The notes under the pieces: generated by a model
What the model was told of the DNA's origin: nothing
Seen by the model: only the letters and a program-made list of their open reading frames with translations
The model's database searches: none
Made by a program: the position numbers and the translations under genes
Source of the DNA: a virus
Direction: 5' to 3' (one strand)
Length of the DNA: 64,000 bases
Virus record (IMG/VR): IMGVR_UViG_3300021400_000026
In this document: piece after piece, positions 8,612-18,085 of the stretch
Layout: every line of letters starts with the position of its first letter
Numbering within the stretch: position 1 is the stretch's first letter

Positions 8612-10654
8612 TTAGTAGTTACCCTCTATTTTTCCCTCGCCCAAATCGAAGCAATAGAGCGCGTCGAGCAGGGCGTGAACGGGGTCTATCTTGTTGCTGT
8701 GGCCTGCCCCTTTCACGATGCGCCTGATGGGTGGGTCGCCCTTGCTCTCTACGGCGCAGTTGCCGAAGCACCAGGGAAACAGGGGACTGTCGGAAAACTC
8801 CATCCATGCGTCCAGGCTTAGCATCTTCTCTTCCAGTTCGGTGATGCGGGGGTTCTGTGTGAATGAGGTCTGACTGACGGGTATCACCATGTGTTGGATA
8901 GCGTCGGCTATGTCCTTGGTTGACATACCCTCGCGCTTCTGGAAGAGCGTTTGGAGCCATGCCTTCAGGTTGTTAATCGGTGTGAGCGACTGCGCGGGGT
9001 CGTAGCCGAAGTAGTAGATGTTGATGCCCTTCTCCACCAACTCCGCGATGCGGTTGATGGCGTAGGCACTGTCGAACACTTCACCTGGGCATACGTGCAA
9101 CCATCCCTGCTCAATCCATTGCTCATAAAGCGGTTGGTTCGGGCTCTCCTTCATCGTCTTCTCCAGCACCCAGCAGTCGGTGTCAACAAAGAAGCGGCCC
9201 TTCATGGTGTCGCTCGGTAGCCAGTCCACAGCCATATAGGTAATGGCAAAGAGGTCATCTCCCGAAGAGAAATCGAGACCACAGAAGACGTGCCACCGCT
9301 CGCGGCCCTGCCCGTCGATGAACCGGCAGTCGTCTATGCGCTTGCCGCCGCTGGTCTGTAACTGTCGGATGCGGTCGCCGGTGATCCACTTCTGAATGCG
9401 CCCGGTCTGCCACATGTTGAAGTCCTTCGTCAGCACCTCCTGCTTGGTGTCCTCTGTGCCGGTGGCGGCTTCGTGAAGTCGCTCGCGGTAGTAGGTGGGC
9501 TGTACGGTGGTGCCGATGGAGCGGTTTACCTTCTTGAAGAGTTCAGGGTCATCGAGCTTCGTCAGGTCGTCGGTCAGTTCCCATTTGTCAAGTTGCAAGA
9601 GAAATGCGCACCATTTATCTTCTTCCGTGCGGCAGGGCTGTCCGAGGGGATAGTCCAACTCTTGCAACAGCGATGCTTCCACCTGCTCAATCTTGGTCTT
9701 GTAGGGGCCTTCCTTGATGCGTCCGGCGGTGGTGGTGTGCAGCAGCAGCTTTTCACGGCGCGGACCCGTTGAACCCCAACAGGTATCGACTGCCGCTTGC
9801 ATGTCGGAGTGGGCGTTGACGTAACTCGCCTGTCCGTGCTCGTCGGCATGAACCACCGAGGCATAGAGTCCGTCCTTTGAGGTCTTGCCCGCTGCCATGC
9901 ACTTGATTTCGCCCTTCATCGGATGACCTGGCTGCCAGTTCAGTCCGTTGCGGGTCATGCGGAAGTATTTGCCGCCCATGCGGTTCGAGCACGTGGGATC
10001 GACTTGCATGGCAAACTCGCGGATGGCTTTGTAGGCGATTTGGCTCTGTTCGCTGCTGTTGGTGCAGATGAGAGCCTGCCCGTTCACGTCGCCGAGGAAT
10101 CCCACCTCGGTGAAATCGACCGCGCCGCCCAGCTCTGTCTTTCCGCTCTTACGGGTCAGGAACCAGTGCGCCTCTTGAGTCAGCCGTCGCGTGTCCCACA
10201 CCTCGCCGTCCTTCACCCACTCCGTAGGCAGCAGCATGTCGCCCTCGTAGTATTCGCGCTCCATCGGCACGTCCACCTTGAAGGCGTATATCTCGAAGAT
10301 GAGCCACGCCTGAAACGGCATCAGTCGGACGTGCATCGCTCCGCGAGGGGTTGAGAACTTCAGTCCGCCCTTTACGTGTCGCCCGTTCTTCCACTGCCCC
10401 TCGATGGCTCGCAGCGACCGCTTCACCCGCTCGGGGTCGAGCTCGTAGGAATCCATCAGTCGCAGTTCCTTGCGGATGCCTAAGAGTTCGTAGAGGTTGG
10501 CATGACTGCCGTCGTTGCTGATAGCATCCTCGATGTAGATAAGCAGTCGCGGGTCGAAGCTGTTCAGACGGTTCATATAGTCGGGCAGATGCGTCCGCAG
10601 ATCATCGAGACATTGCGCCTTGGCTTGCCGCAGTTCTTCAAAGTCGTTGGTCAT
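8612..10654 (-). CDS. terL: terminase large subunit (Terminase_1 / HK97-P27 type)
   Basis: 680 aa with a Walker-A-like LTRKSGKTELGG. The size and overall pattern fit Terminase_1. The start overlaps the terS stop (ATGA). Confidence 0.85.
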   Translation of the reverse strand: MTNDFEELRQAKAQCLDDLRTHLPDYMNRLNSFDPRLLIYIEDAISNDGSHANLYELLGIRKELRLMDSYELDPERVKRSLRAIEGQWKNGRHVKGGLKFSTPRGAMHVRLMPFQAWLIFEIYAFKVDVPMEREYYEGDMLLPTEWVKDGEVWDTRRLTQEAHWFLTRKSGKTELGGAVDFTEVGFLGDVNGQALICTNSSEQSQIAYKAIREFAMQVDPTCSNRMGGKYFRMTRNGLNWQPGHPMKGEIKCMAAGKTSKDGLYASVVHADEHGQASYVNAHSDMQAAVDTCWGSTGPRREKLLLHTTTAGRIKEGPYKTKIEQVEASLLQELDYPLGQPCRTEEDKWCAFLLQLDKWELTDDLTKLDDPELFKKVNRSIGTTVQPTYYRERLHEAATGTEDTKQEVLTKDFNMWQTGRIQKWITGDRIRQLQTSGGKRIDDCRFIDGQGRERWHVFCGLDFSSGDDLFAITYMAVDWLPSDTMKGRFFVDTDCWVLEKTMKESPNQPLYEQWIEQGWLHVCPGEVFDSAYAINRIAELVEKGINIYYFGYDPAQSLTPINNLKAWLQTLFQKREGMSTKDIADAIQHMVIPVSQTSFTQNPRITELEEKMLSLDAWMEFSDSPLFPWCFGNCAVESKGDPPIRRIVKGAGHSNKIDPVHALLDALYCFDLGEGKIEGNY

Positions 10655-11013
10655 ACTATTCCGTCAATAAATTCGTTGAGTTTGTCGGTTGCATTGTTGC
10701 CAGCAGGGTCTTCGGGCTTGGCTGCTGCCTTTGCCGCCGTCATGCCCAGCATCTGTGCGTACTTCTGGCAGATGGCCTCCTGCTGGTAGAGCAGATTGCA
10801 AAGCGGGTGCTGCTTGTGGGTGGGCTGACCGTTGGAGCCAGGAACCCACTCCACGGCTCCCTCCTTGGTGATGGTGTCGCGGTACTGGTCGCGCACCTCC
10901 AGCGCACTGGCATAGTTGCGGATGGTGAGGTTCAGGTGCTCCGGCACCTTGCCGCCGTGCGAGTGCTTCACCTGTGCGCGGATGTCTTTTAGATAGGTTG
11001 CTGCTTTTGCCAT
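10651..11013 (-). CDS. terS: terminase small subunit, P27 family-like
   Basis: 120 aa immediately upstream of terL and overlapping it. ..HPLCNLLYQQEAICQKYAQMLGMTAAKAAAK resembles the P27-family C-terminus (..LG.TPa.RaK). Confidence 0.6.
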   Translation of the reverse strand: MAKAATYLKDIRAQVKHSHGGKVPEHLNLTIRNYASALEVRDQYRDTITKEGAVEWVPGSNGQPTHKQHPLCNLLYQQEAICQKYAQMLGMTAAKAAAKPEDPAGNNATDKLNEFIDGIV

Positions 11014-11360
11014 TATTTCTTGAATTTTATTACAAGTTGGTTGCGCTGCTCAAATGGCAGCCGGTAGTGTAGATAGTTGGCATACGATATGCCGAACTCG
11101 CGGCCCGGCAGGGTCATCCATGCGTCCCATCGTGTGTCGCAGGGTCGGTGTAGTTTTCGGTTCTTCGCCTTGTATGCCGCCGCGCTGGAGTGTATGCCCT
11201 TCGATGTGATAGCCTCGCCGAGCACACCCAGACACACGTAACTCTGTCGGGCACCCTCCTGGCGTTGCTCCTTGGGTATCAGTCCGCACAGCGGGCAGGC
11301 CGCGCAACAGTCGGGCTGCTCGGCTGGCAGTTTCATCGGTACGATAGCTTGTCTTGGCAT
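11013..11360 (-). CDS. Cys-rich hypothetical protein
   Basis: CCAACPLCG plus further Cys residues. Its stop overlaps the terS start. Confidence 0.5.
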   Translation of the reverse strand: MPRQAIVPMKLPAEQPDCCAACPLCGLIPKEQRQEGARQSYVCLGVLGEAITSKGIHSSAAAYKAKNRKLHRPCDTRWDAWMTLPGREFGISYANYLHYRLPFEQRNQLVIKFKK

Positions 11361-11561
11361 GTTCGTGAATTTTATTTTTAATTATCGTGCGTTTCGCTTA
11401 TATATTCCGATGTGGGATATATGTCCCGCTTTCCTTATCGGGATAAGTTATGTTAAGGCGTGGGAAAAAGTACCCCCTCGGGATGTCCTGTGTAGATAAA
11501 AGGGAGGGCAAGGAGATTTCGGAATCGAAGAGGGGTCGAAAGAAAAACGGTACGCCCGGAG

Positions 11562-12284
11562 TTATGATGTGACGGACTCGAATGATGTCAGCTCGATGGT
11601 CAAGCCTTCATCGGTTCGTTGTGCCTTGAAGGTGGCGCGTATCTTGCCTTGCTTGTTGTATCGGCAGTCCATGATGGTGTACTCAGCCGTCACGTCGTAG
11701 GGGTCGTGGTCGTCATCTGGTATCTGTGGACCTTTGCCGTCCATTGTCTTGCGGCTCAGCACGTCATTTGCGTGGTTAGTCACTGCGCTCTTGCGCTCAT
11801 CCATTGTCATGTCCTTCAGCTTGTCATAGTTAAGGGTGCCGAATATACCCAATCGTTTGTTCTCTTGCATAGTTCCTTGATTGTTAATTATGAATTTACT
11901 CATGATGTTGTCCTTCCATCGCTCGTGCCTCTGCTCGGCTCGCTGGCGCACTATCTTCGCCGTGTTGCTTCCGAGTTCCTTATGGATGCGGGCATGGCAT
12001 GACTTGCAAAGGCTCATGAGATTGTTCCAGTTGAAGGCAAGTCGTCGCATCTCTTCTTTGGTTCTTGCGGTCTCAATAGGAATGATGTGATGCACACATT
12101 CAACTGACTTGACGTAACCACCAGGGATGCCTATAGCCTCGCCGTCCTTGATGCACTGCTCACAGAGTGGATTGGCTCGCTTCTTCAATATGGTCAATTC
12201 CTTCCACTCACGCGAGTTGTATATCTCCTGCTTGTCCTTGGCTACCTTGTCAGATACCCCTCGCCAGTTTCGTTTCTTGCTCAT
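11562..12284 (-). CDS. HNH endonuclease (HK97 gp74-like position) with C-terminal extension
   Basis: Trimmed to MSKKRNWRG. CEQC..VHHIIP..NLMSLCKSCHARIH is an HNH motif. The HNH-terS-terL order is typical of cos-type HK97-like phages. A canonical CAATCAAGGAACTATG leader lies in frame inside the ORF at 11873. Confidence 0.75.
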   Translation of the reverse strand: MSKKRNWRGVSDKVAKDKQEIYNSREWKELTILKKRANPLCEQCIKDGEAIGIPGGYVKSVECVHHIIPIETARTKEEMRRLAFNWNNLMSLCKSCHARIHKELGSNTAKIVRQRAEQRHERWKDNIMSKFIINNQGTMQENKRLGIFGTLNYDKLKDMTMDERKSAVTNHANDVLSRKTMDGKGPQIPDDDHDPYDVTAEYTIMDCRYNKQGKIRATFKAQRTDEGLTIELTSFESVTS

Positions 12285-12417
12285 ACCGTTTCCTCCATCC
12301 ATTGCCGCATGAGGTCGGTCATGTCGTCGTGGCTGATGGGCAGCTGGCGATGGAAGCCCTCGCTGTCGGTCGTGGTGATCAGCCACATGTGACGGGTCTT
12401 GCGGTCTCTTGTTAGTT

Positions 12418-13221
12418 CTACCATTCCTGATCAAAAGGTTTGAATCCCATTTCCTTCTCCATATCGTCGGGGTCGGATGACAAGGTGTCGCGCTTCACCT
12501 CTTCATCGGCAGTCTCGCGGTCTTCATCCGTGAACACGATGCGCTGCTGGCGCATGGCCTCGCCGTCGGGAGTGCGATGGTGCTTGGCCTTGGTGCGCTT
12601 GCCGTACTCGATGCGTCGGCCACTCTCGGAGAACTGGGCCTCGCCTTGCATCTGTATGCGGTCATCTTCCTCTCTGAGGTCTTTGCCCTGTCGCTCTATC
12701 AGTTCGAGCAGGATGTCGCTCAGGTAGTTGCACCCCATCATTCCGCCGACAAGTCGCAAGCGTCGATAGATGCCGTGCATGGTGACTTCGGTCACGCGCT
12801 CCAGGATGTAGTCCACGTTCTCCGTCATCTGCGGGTCGTTGCGATGCGGGTCAATGTCGTCCACCTTTTCGGGAGCCTTGTCCATGAACGGCTTGTCTAT
12901 CATCACGGCCCCGAAGCCTTTCTTGCCCTCCTGTTCGAGTATGAGGATGGCCTGTGCCACATGCAAATGGTTCGGGTTGGCAAGGTTGAAGGCATTGGCC
13001 CAGCCAACGTCGGTCTCCATGAGCGTCATGATCTTGCGTATCTCCGGCGACAGTTCGTGCATCGGTGCCGCTGCCTTACATAAGGTATAGAAGAACATCT
13101 GGAATATCTGGTACGTGTTCACGCCCAGCGCGTCGCAGATGGCATTCAGCAGCACGTACTGGTCGGGCGACAGCTTCACGCTCACTCCTTCATACTTGCG
13201 GTTCTCTCCGTTATTGCTCAT
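12418..13221 (-). CDS. hypothetical protein
   Basis: 267-aa ORF overlapping the primase stop. No motif was recognised. Confidence 0.6.
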   Translation of the reverse strand: MSNNGENRKYEGVSVKLSPDQYVLLNAICDALGVNTYQIFQMFFYTLCKAAAPMHELSPEIRKIMTLMETDVGWANAFNLANPNHLHVAQAILILEQEGKKGFGAVMIDKPFMDKAPEKVDDIDPHRNDPQMTENVDYILERVTEVTMHGIYRRLRLVGGMMGCNYLSDILLELIERQGKDLREEDDRIQMQGEAQFSESGRRIEYGKRTKAKHHRTPDGEAMRQQRIVFTDEDRETADEEVKRDTLSSDPDDMEKEMGFKPFDQEW

Positions 13222-14518
13222 TGTTCTTTCGTTTGTTAAAGTTGTATCGTTGTCTCAGTATCTCGCGCCACATCCGCACCCGTGGGTCTTGCAACTCTAT
13301 CGGGTCGAGGAATGGCTCGTCGGAGTGCCAAATCTCGGTGATGATGTCGCCTATCCTGACAGGCTCGTGGGCAGGGGTCGCGCCGCTTTGGTCGGAGGCC
13401 GTAGCACTTATTTCGGTCGCGCCCTGCCCTTTGCCTGTCTGTCTTGGCTTGTCACCTGTCCGCATCATGCGGATGGCGATGTCGGCAATGTCGGCCTTGT
13501 CGCCGTCTTCCTCGCGCCAACAGGTATCGAAGAAGTGGGTATATACTCGGCAATGGTCGTAGCCCAGTTTGTCGCACACCTCCTGCCAGTCGTTGCGCCC
13601 GTCCTTGTCGGGCCACAGCCAGATGGTGCGCCCTTGGTCGATGAGCGGCTGGAACTTGTCAAGCTGAAGCCACTGCAAACCGCCACAGGCGAGCCATATC
13701 TGAGAGTCGAAGTCGCCATAGTAGTTGGCCATGATGATAGCCGTCTTCTCGCTCTCAACGATGTTGATGACCGCCTTAGGGTATCTGTTCAGCAGGTGAC
13801 TGCCGAAGAGCGGTTTCAAGATGGTGTGGTGGTCGGGGTCGAGCTGCTGGCGACATCCGTCTTGGTTATATATCCAACCAGGGTGTTGTGTCTTGTCGCG
13901 GTGGCCGTCGGGCATGTACTTCATCAGCTTGGCTGAGCGAGGCACGCCCGTGTGGTCTATTTGCCAGAATACGACGCGACCGTCCTTCCAACCGCCCACG
14001 CAGTACATCCAGAGCGTCTGCTGGAGTCTCGCCAGCTGCTCATCGTCCCACGGCAGACCGCACAGCCAATACAAGAATACCACGGTGCGCTCGGTTGCGA
14101 TCTCCATCGTGCGACTGACATACGACCTCGGTATCTCCAGCACGGGAGGTGGTGGCGGCACTGGCTTTGGTGGCGGTGGAGTCCAGTTGAGCGGTACATT
14201 GTCAACGTCGATTGAGTACTTCTTGCCAAGGTAGCGGATGGCATCTGGGAAGCTCATGTTCTCCGCCTTCATCAGGAACTGCACGGGGCCACCCTTCGCG
14301 TCGCAGACGAAACAGCGGTAACTGTTGCGCCCTGGCCTGTCGTATGATAGCGTCGATGGTCTGACGATGAAGTTGCCGTCGGTCTTGTCGTCGTGGAACG
14401 GGCACAGCCCTGTGAGGTTCACGCCAGCCTTGCGGAGGTCTACGAAGTCGCCTACGACCTCTTCAATCTTGGCGTGCTCGATGACTGAGCGGATGATGTC
14501 TTCGCTGATCTTTGGCAT
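13211..14518 (-). CDS. DNA primase (CHC2 zinc-finger, DnaG-like N-terminus)
   Basis: VVGDFVDLRKAGVNLTGLCPFHDDKTDGNF...YRCFVCDAKGGPVQFLM is the CHC2 primase zinc finger. Confidence 0.8.
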   Translation of the reverse strand: MPKISEDIIRSVIEHAKIEEVVGDFVDLRKAGVNLTGLCPFHDDKTDGNFIVRPSTLSYDRPGRNSYRCFVCDAKGGPVQFLMKAENMSFPDAIRYLGKKYSIDVDNVPLNWTPPPPKPVPPPPPVLEIPRSYVSRTMEIATERTVVFLYWLCGLPWDDEQLARLQQTLWMYCVGGWKDGRVVFWQIDHTGVPRSAKLMKYMPDGHRDKTQHPGWIYNQDGCRQQLDPDHHTILKPLFGSHLLNRYPKAVINIVESEKTAIIMANYYGDFDSQIWLACGGLQWLQLDKFQPLIDQGRTIWLWPDKDGRNDWQEVCDKLGYDHCRVYTHFFDTCWREEDGDKADIADIAIRMMRTGDKPRQTGKGQGATEISATASDQSGATPAHEPVRIGDIITEIWHSDEPFLDPIELQDPRVRMWREILRQRYNFNKRKNNEQ

Positions 14519-14519
14519 A

Positions 14520-14890
14520 GGTCGGAAATGGTCGGAAAAGGTCGTATAGTATAAAGGGTGTCAACCGATATAGTATAAAGGGTGGCAAGCGATATAGTAT
14601 AAAGGGTGGTTATCGGCTTAGTAGCCGATTTTCGATTCTTTGCAAACATTTCGGCAAATCTTTGCAAACATTTTGCGAAATCTTTGCAAAGAATGTTTTC
14701 GGAGTCCTCAGAAGCCGATTATCTGTAAAACCCTGACGAAAACCCCACAAAACCTGAATACCCTCCTCAATCCCCTATATATATTTATATAAATATATAG
14801 GGGTTGAGGGTTTCGGGGTTTTGCAAGGACTGTATAACCATAACGCGCGTGTGTGTGCGCATGAGGGGTTTCAGGGTTTTTGAGGGTTTC
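14520..14890. promoter_or_regulatory. candidate replication origin / operator region
   Basis: Three copies of TATAGTATAAAGGGTG with a 24-bp period (14545, 14569, 14593). Three copies of the palindromic TCTTTGCAAA with a 22-bp period (14637, 14659, 14681). An AT-only 24-bp core clamped by CCCC/GGGG (14772-14803), with C-rich and G-rich GGGTTT-type arms on either side. The region lies between the primase and helicase-like genes. Confidence 0.5.
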
Positions 14891-14894
14891 TGAA

Positions 14895-15062
14895 TCATTC
14901 TACATCAAAGTGTGCGACCTCTTCAGCAGCGTCGGCCAATATCTTTGCCGCATCTGCTACGTGCTTTGCCTCTTGGTGTACGCATTGGAAGGTGTTATTA
15001 AACTGACCTTTGCTTCCGGCCATGCTGATCATCGCCTGGAGTATAAATTCATTCTTTGTCAT
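14895..15062 (-). CDS. hypothetical small protein
   Basis: ORF 14895..15098 was trimmed to MTKNEF (ATG at 15062), 5 nt after the upstream stop. Confidence 0.45.
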   Translation of the reverse strand: MTKNEFILQAMISMAGSKGQFNNTFQCVHQEAKHVADAAKILADAAEEVAHFDVE

Positions 15063-15066
15063 GTCG

Positions 15067-16215
15067 TTAATCGTTGCTTGGTGCAAATGGTAAATCATTT
15101 AGTATCGCGTCGCATTGTGACGTGTTGAGAGTATATCGGCCATTGACAGGCAGACTGAAAACGCCCGCACTGTTGGCCTCGTTGAAGTATTCCTTGGCTT
15201 TCGTCTCGCCAACGTGCATCCGCTTCTTCAGTTCCTTCACGATGTTGGAGAAGTACTCGCTATTAGGTGGAGAGAGGAACTCGAGCAGGCACTTGACAAT
15301 CTGCTTCTTCAGTATCTCGCTGCTGTCGGCTGGTGGAGGAGGTGGAGTCGGTGTGTCGCTGATTTCCTGCGGACGGCCCCAACCTTCGACTGAGAGTATC
15401 TCGAAATCCCAGTCATCGACATCCTTTCCACGGGCTTTCAGTTGTTCGACTGAGAAATAGATGGGCGGTCGGTTGGGTTTCTTGTCTTTCTCCTTCTCGT
15501 TTTTATGCTTGCGGACGGCAAACACCTCGGTCACCTTGCGCTGGGCGATACTACCGAGTGATCCGACCATCTTCTCCGTGGTCGGGTTCTCATGCAGCAC
15601 GCACCAGGTTGACATATCGTAGTGTGTCGCCATGATCATCAGTTCACGGATGATGGGTGTGCATTCTTTCTGCTCGTTGTAGTCCTCGACAATATCGAGC
15701 AGTCCGTCGATGAACATCACGTCTGGCTTAATGACGTAGGCGAGCTTCAGAATTTGCTGCCATCGTTCGGCAGCTGTCACCGTGTCCCTGAGCCTTGCCA
15801 CCTTGAACCGTTCGCACGGCTCATTGAATGGGATGCCAGCCAACGAGCAGACGCGGTTCTTTATGGCGATAGTGTCATCCTTACCCATCTCCGTGTCGAT
15901 GTAGAGCACCACGGGCATATTAGGTGGCTCACCTTCGTATTGCATATTACCGAACTTACCACAGAGCAGGGTGGCCATCACTTGCGACATGAAGGCCGTC
16001 TTGCCGTGTCCGCTCTTACCTGTTACGATGTGCAGTTCTCCACGGTTGGCGAATGGTGTGCCATTGTGCGAGAGCGTCCATCGTGGCGGGTGGTACGGTT
16101 CGGTAAAGTCGAGCAGTAAGCCTGACACATCGACACCGAACCATCCTCGCTCTTTCAGGAAGTCGGGCACTAGCTCAGGTTGTCCTGGCAGTGGTATTTT
16201 ATTATCTTCGTTCAT
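15067..16215 (-). CDS. RecA-fold replicative helicase-like ATPase (AAA_25 / DnaB C-terminal-like)
   Basis: Walker A is VTGKSGHGKTAF. Walker-B-like motifs are VVLYIDTEMG and DVMFIDGLLD. The gene is adjacent to the primase. Confidence 0.65.
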   Translation of the reverse strand: MNEDNKIPLPGQPELVPDFLKERGWFGVDVSGLLLDFTEPYHPPRWTLSHNGTPFANRGELHIVTGKSGHGKTAFMSQVMATLLCGKFGNMQYEGEPPNMPVVLYIDTEMGKDDTIAIKNRVCSLAGIPFNEPCERFKVARLRDTVTAAERWQQILKLAYVIKPDVMFIDGLLDIVEDYNEQKECTPIIRELMIMATHYDMSTWCVLHENPTTEKMVGSLGSIAQRKVTEVFAVRKHKNEKEKDKKPNRPPIYFSVEQLKARGKDVDDWDFEILSVEGWGRPQEISDTPTPPPPPADSSEILKKQIVKCLLEFLSPPNSEYFSNIVKELKKRMHVGETKAKEYFNEANSAGVFSLPVNGRYTLNTSQCDAILNDLPFAPSND

Positions 16216-16412
16216 AGTTCCTTAATCATTTCATCGGATATTTGCTGCCATAATGATTTCGCCGCTTCATTAGATCGGCACTGAAATCTGAAATTGGACA
16301 GTGCATAGGTGGTACACACTTCTACAATCGTATCGTCGTCTGAAGGAATATGAACAGCCACGATTTCCTTGACTCTGATGGCTACCTCTCCGTTTTTGTA
16401 TATTCTTGCCAT
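16212..16412 (-). CDS. hypothetical small protein
   Basis: Trimmed to MARIYKNGE (ATG in the AGGAACTATG context). The stop overlaps the helicase start (ATGA). Confidence 0.5.
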   Translation of the reverse strand: MARIYKNGEVAIRVKEIVAVHIPSDDDTIVEVCTTYALSNFRFQCRSNEAAKSLWQQISDEMIKEL

Positions 16413-16480
16413 AGTTCCTAAAGTATTAAAAGGGTGACGTGGAAGGCCAAGCATACCCGTCCAGCTTCTTATCGGATTCG

Positions 16481-17329
16481 TCACCCTTCTCTTTTTTCGT
16501 TTTCTAATTCTCTCAGTGTTTCGGCCTTCACCTCGGCTATCTCGCGCTGCACCTTCTTCACAAAGCCTTTCGATGCGAATATCTCCTTGAAGTCGTCAAC
16601 GGCTCCTGATGCCGACGAGTAGAGCAGTTCGGGATCGAGCCACGCCTCCATCAGCTGTTGCAAACCAAGGTCGATGTTTCGCTCTTCGACTTCAGACAGT
16701 TTGATGGGGTCCGTCTCAGGGGCGAGAAGCATCAGTGCCCGCATCCAGTCCTTTGAGACTGGCTTCAGCGAGAACTGACTGAACACCTCGTCGAGTACAT
16801 TACGACGGAGCTCCAGCCCGTTCTCACACTCTTTCGTCGCACTCTCATACATGGCTCCTGCGAGGTCGAGAGCGGCCTGGGCGGTCATCACCCATGCGAC
16901 GTGCTCCGCATCTTTCACGTCGTGCTGAATGAGGCTCACGCGGTACTTATTCACCAGCGAAGTGATCAGTGGCTTTGTCTTGTGGTAGGCGACAACCCCT
17001 ACACCCTTCCAGAACTCGTAATATTCCTCATCGCTGATGTTGCCATACTTGCGGCGCACGTCGTCGCTCATGTCAGCCACATGGAACATGCGATTTGTCG
17101 GAGTGGTGAGCAAGTGCCGCTCATACTGATAGAAGTCGTTGACAGCTCGCTTGAAGTACCAGCCGATTGTGTAGCCTCCTTTCATGCTCCTGCGGAATGC
17201 CTTGCAGCGTCTTGCATGGCCGTAGCCCTCCATCATCACTACCCACGCGGCATTATTGCCAACGCCACAGACGAGCTTGAAGATGGCAGCGGCATTGCCG
17301 ACGGCCTTTTGTATCTCTTCGTAGTTCAT
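16481..17329 (-). CDS. hypothetical protein (replication/recombination module)
   Basis: 282-aa ORF between the SSB and helicase genes. No motif was recognised. Confidence 0.6.
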   Translation of the reverse strand: MNYEEIQKAVGNAAAIFKLVCGVGNNAAWVVMMEGYGHARRCKAFRRSMKGGYTIGWYFKRAVNDFYQYERHLLTTPTNRMFHVADMSDDVRRKYGNISDEEYYEFWKGVGVVAYHKTKPLITSLVNKYRVSLIQHDVKDAEHVAWVMTAQAALDLAGAMYESATKECENGLELRRNVLDEVFSQFSLKPVSKDWMRALMLLAPETDPIKLSEVEERNIDLGLQQLMEAWLDPELLYSSASGAVDDFKEIFASKGFVKKVQREIAEVKAETLRELENEKREG

Positions 17330-17386
17330 ACGCTCTCATGATTGAGAGTGGTGACCTCTATCGGCCACCACTCGCAGAAATAGTCA

Positions 17387-17845
17387 TCAGAATGGCAGGT
17401 CATTTTCATCTGGATTGATAGGTTGAATTGGATTGCCGTACTGGTCTACCTGCGGTGGGAATGGTGGCCGCTGCTGCGTTTGATACTGAGGTGTGGGCTG
17501 TTGTCCCACTGGCTGCTGAATCGCCTGCTGTGCGGGCTGATTCTGTGCCTTTCTGACTGATTCAATCTTGTAGAGACGCATTTCGTTGATTGTGGTCTGT
17601 GTACCATCCTGCTTGGTGATGGTCTTGGCCTTGTGGCCGAATCCACATATAACCTCCATGCCTTCCTTCAGGTTGTCAATCACGTTGGTGTCGAATGTCT
17701 CCAGTATTACGCTGTCTGCGTATCGGTCAGACTCATGCTCGAAATACTCAAAAATAAATGGCAGCGACTTCCATTCGTTGCCCGTGCGCTGGCTCACACC
17801 CTGACGGATGGGCAGCAGCTTTGCTATACGTCCTTGAAATTCCAT
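17387..17845 (-). CDS. ssb: single-stranded DNA-binding protein, DUF3127-type OB fold
   Basis: The N-terminal OB-like domain (MEFQGRIAKLLPIRQGVSQRTGNEWKSLPFIFEY) is followed by a Q/P-rich linker and an acidic tip, ENDLPF, typical of SSB C-termini. Confidence 0.7.
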   Translation of the reverse strand: MEFQGRIAKLLPIRQGVSQRTGNEWKSLPFIFEYFEHESDRYADSVILETFDTNVIDNLKEGMEVICGFGHKAKTITKQDGTQTTINEMRLYKIESVRKAQNQPAQQAIQQPVGQQPTPQYQTQQRPPFPPQVDQYGNPIQPINPDENDLPF

Positions 17846-17849
17846 AATA

Positions 17850-18038
17850 TTAATAATATGATGATTTTATTTTCTTTCGCTCTTCCTGGCGGCTGATGCC
17901 GTCGGCTGTCTGTTGGTCGAAGATGGTCTTGCGACTATCCGTGTCGTTCACTCTCGCCCGCATGAAATGGCGGTCAAACTTGTCATCGGGCACAAGCTGC
18001 TTGTGCCTCGATGCCATGATTGCATTCAAATGATTCAT
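17850..18038 (-). CDS. hypothetical small protein
   Basis: ORF-track ORF 4 nt upstream of ssb. Confidence 0.45.
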   Translation of the reverse strand: MNHLNAIMASRHKQLVPDDKFDRHFMRARVNDTDSRKTIFDQQTADGISRQEERKKIKSSYY

Positions 18039-18085
18039 AATAAAAAAAAATACTTTGCTTCGCTACACTTCACTCAGCTGGACTC

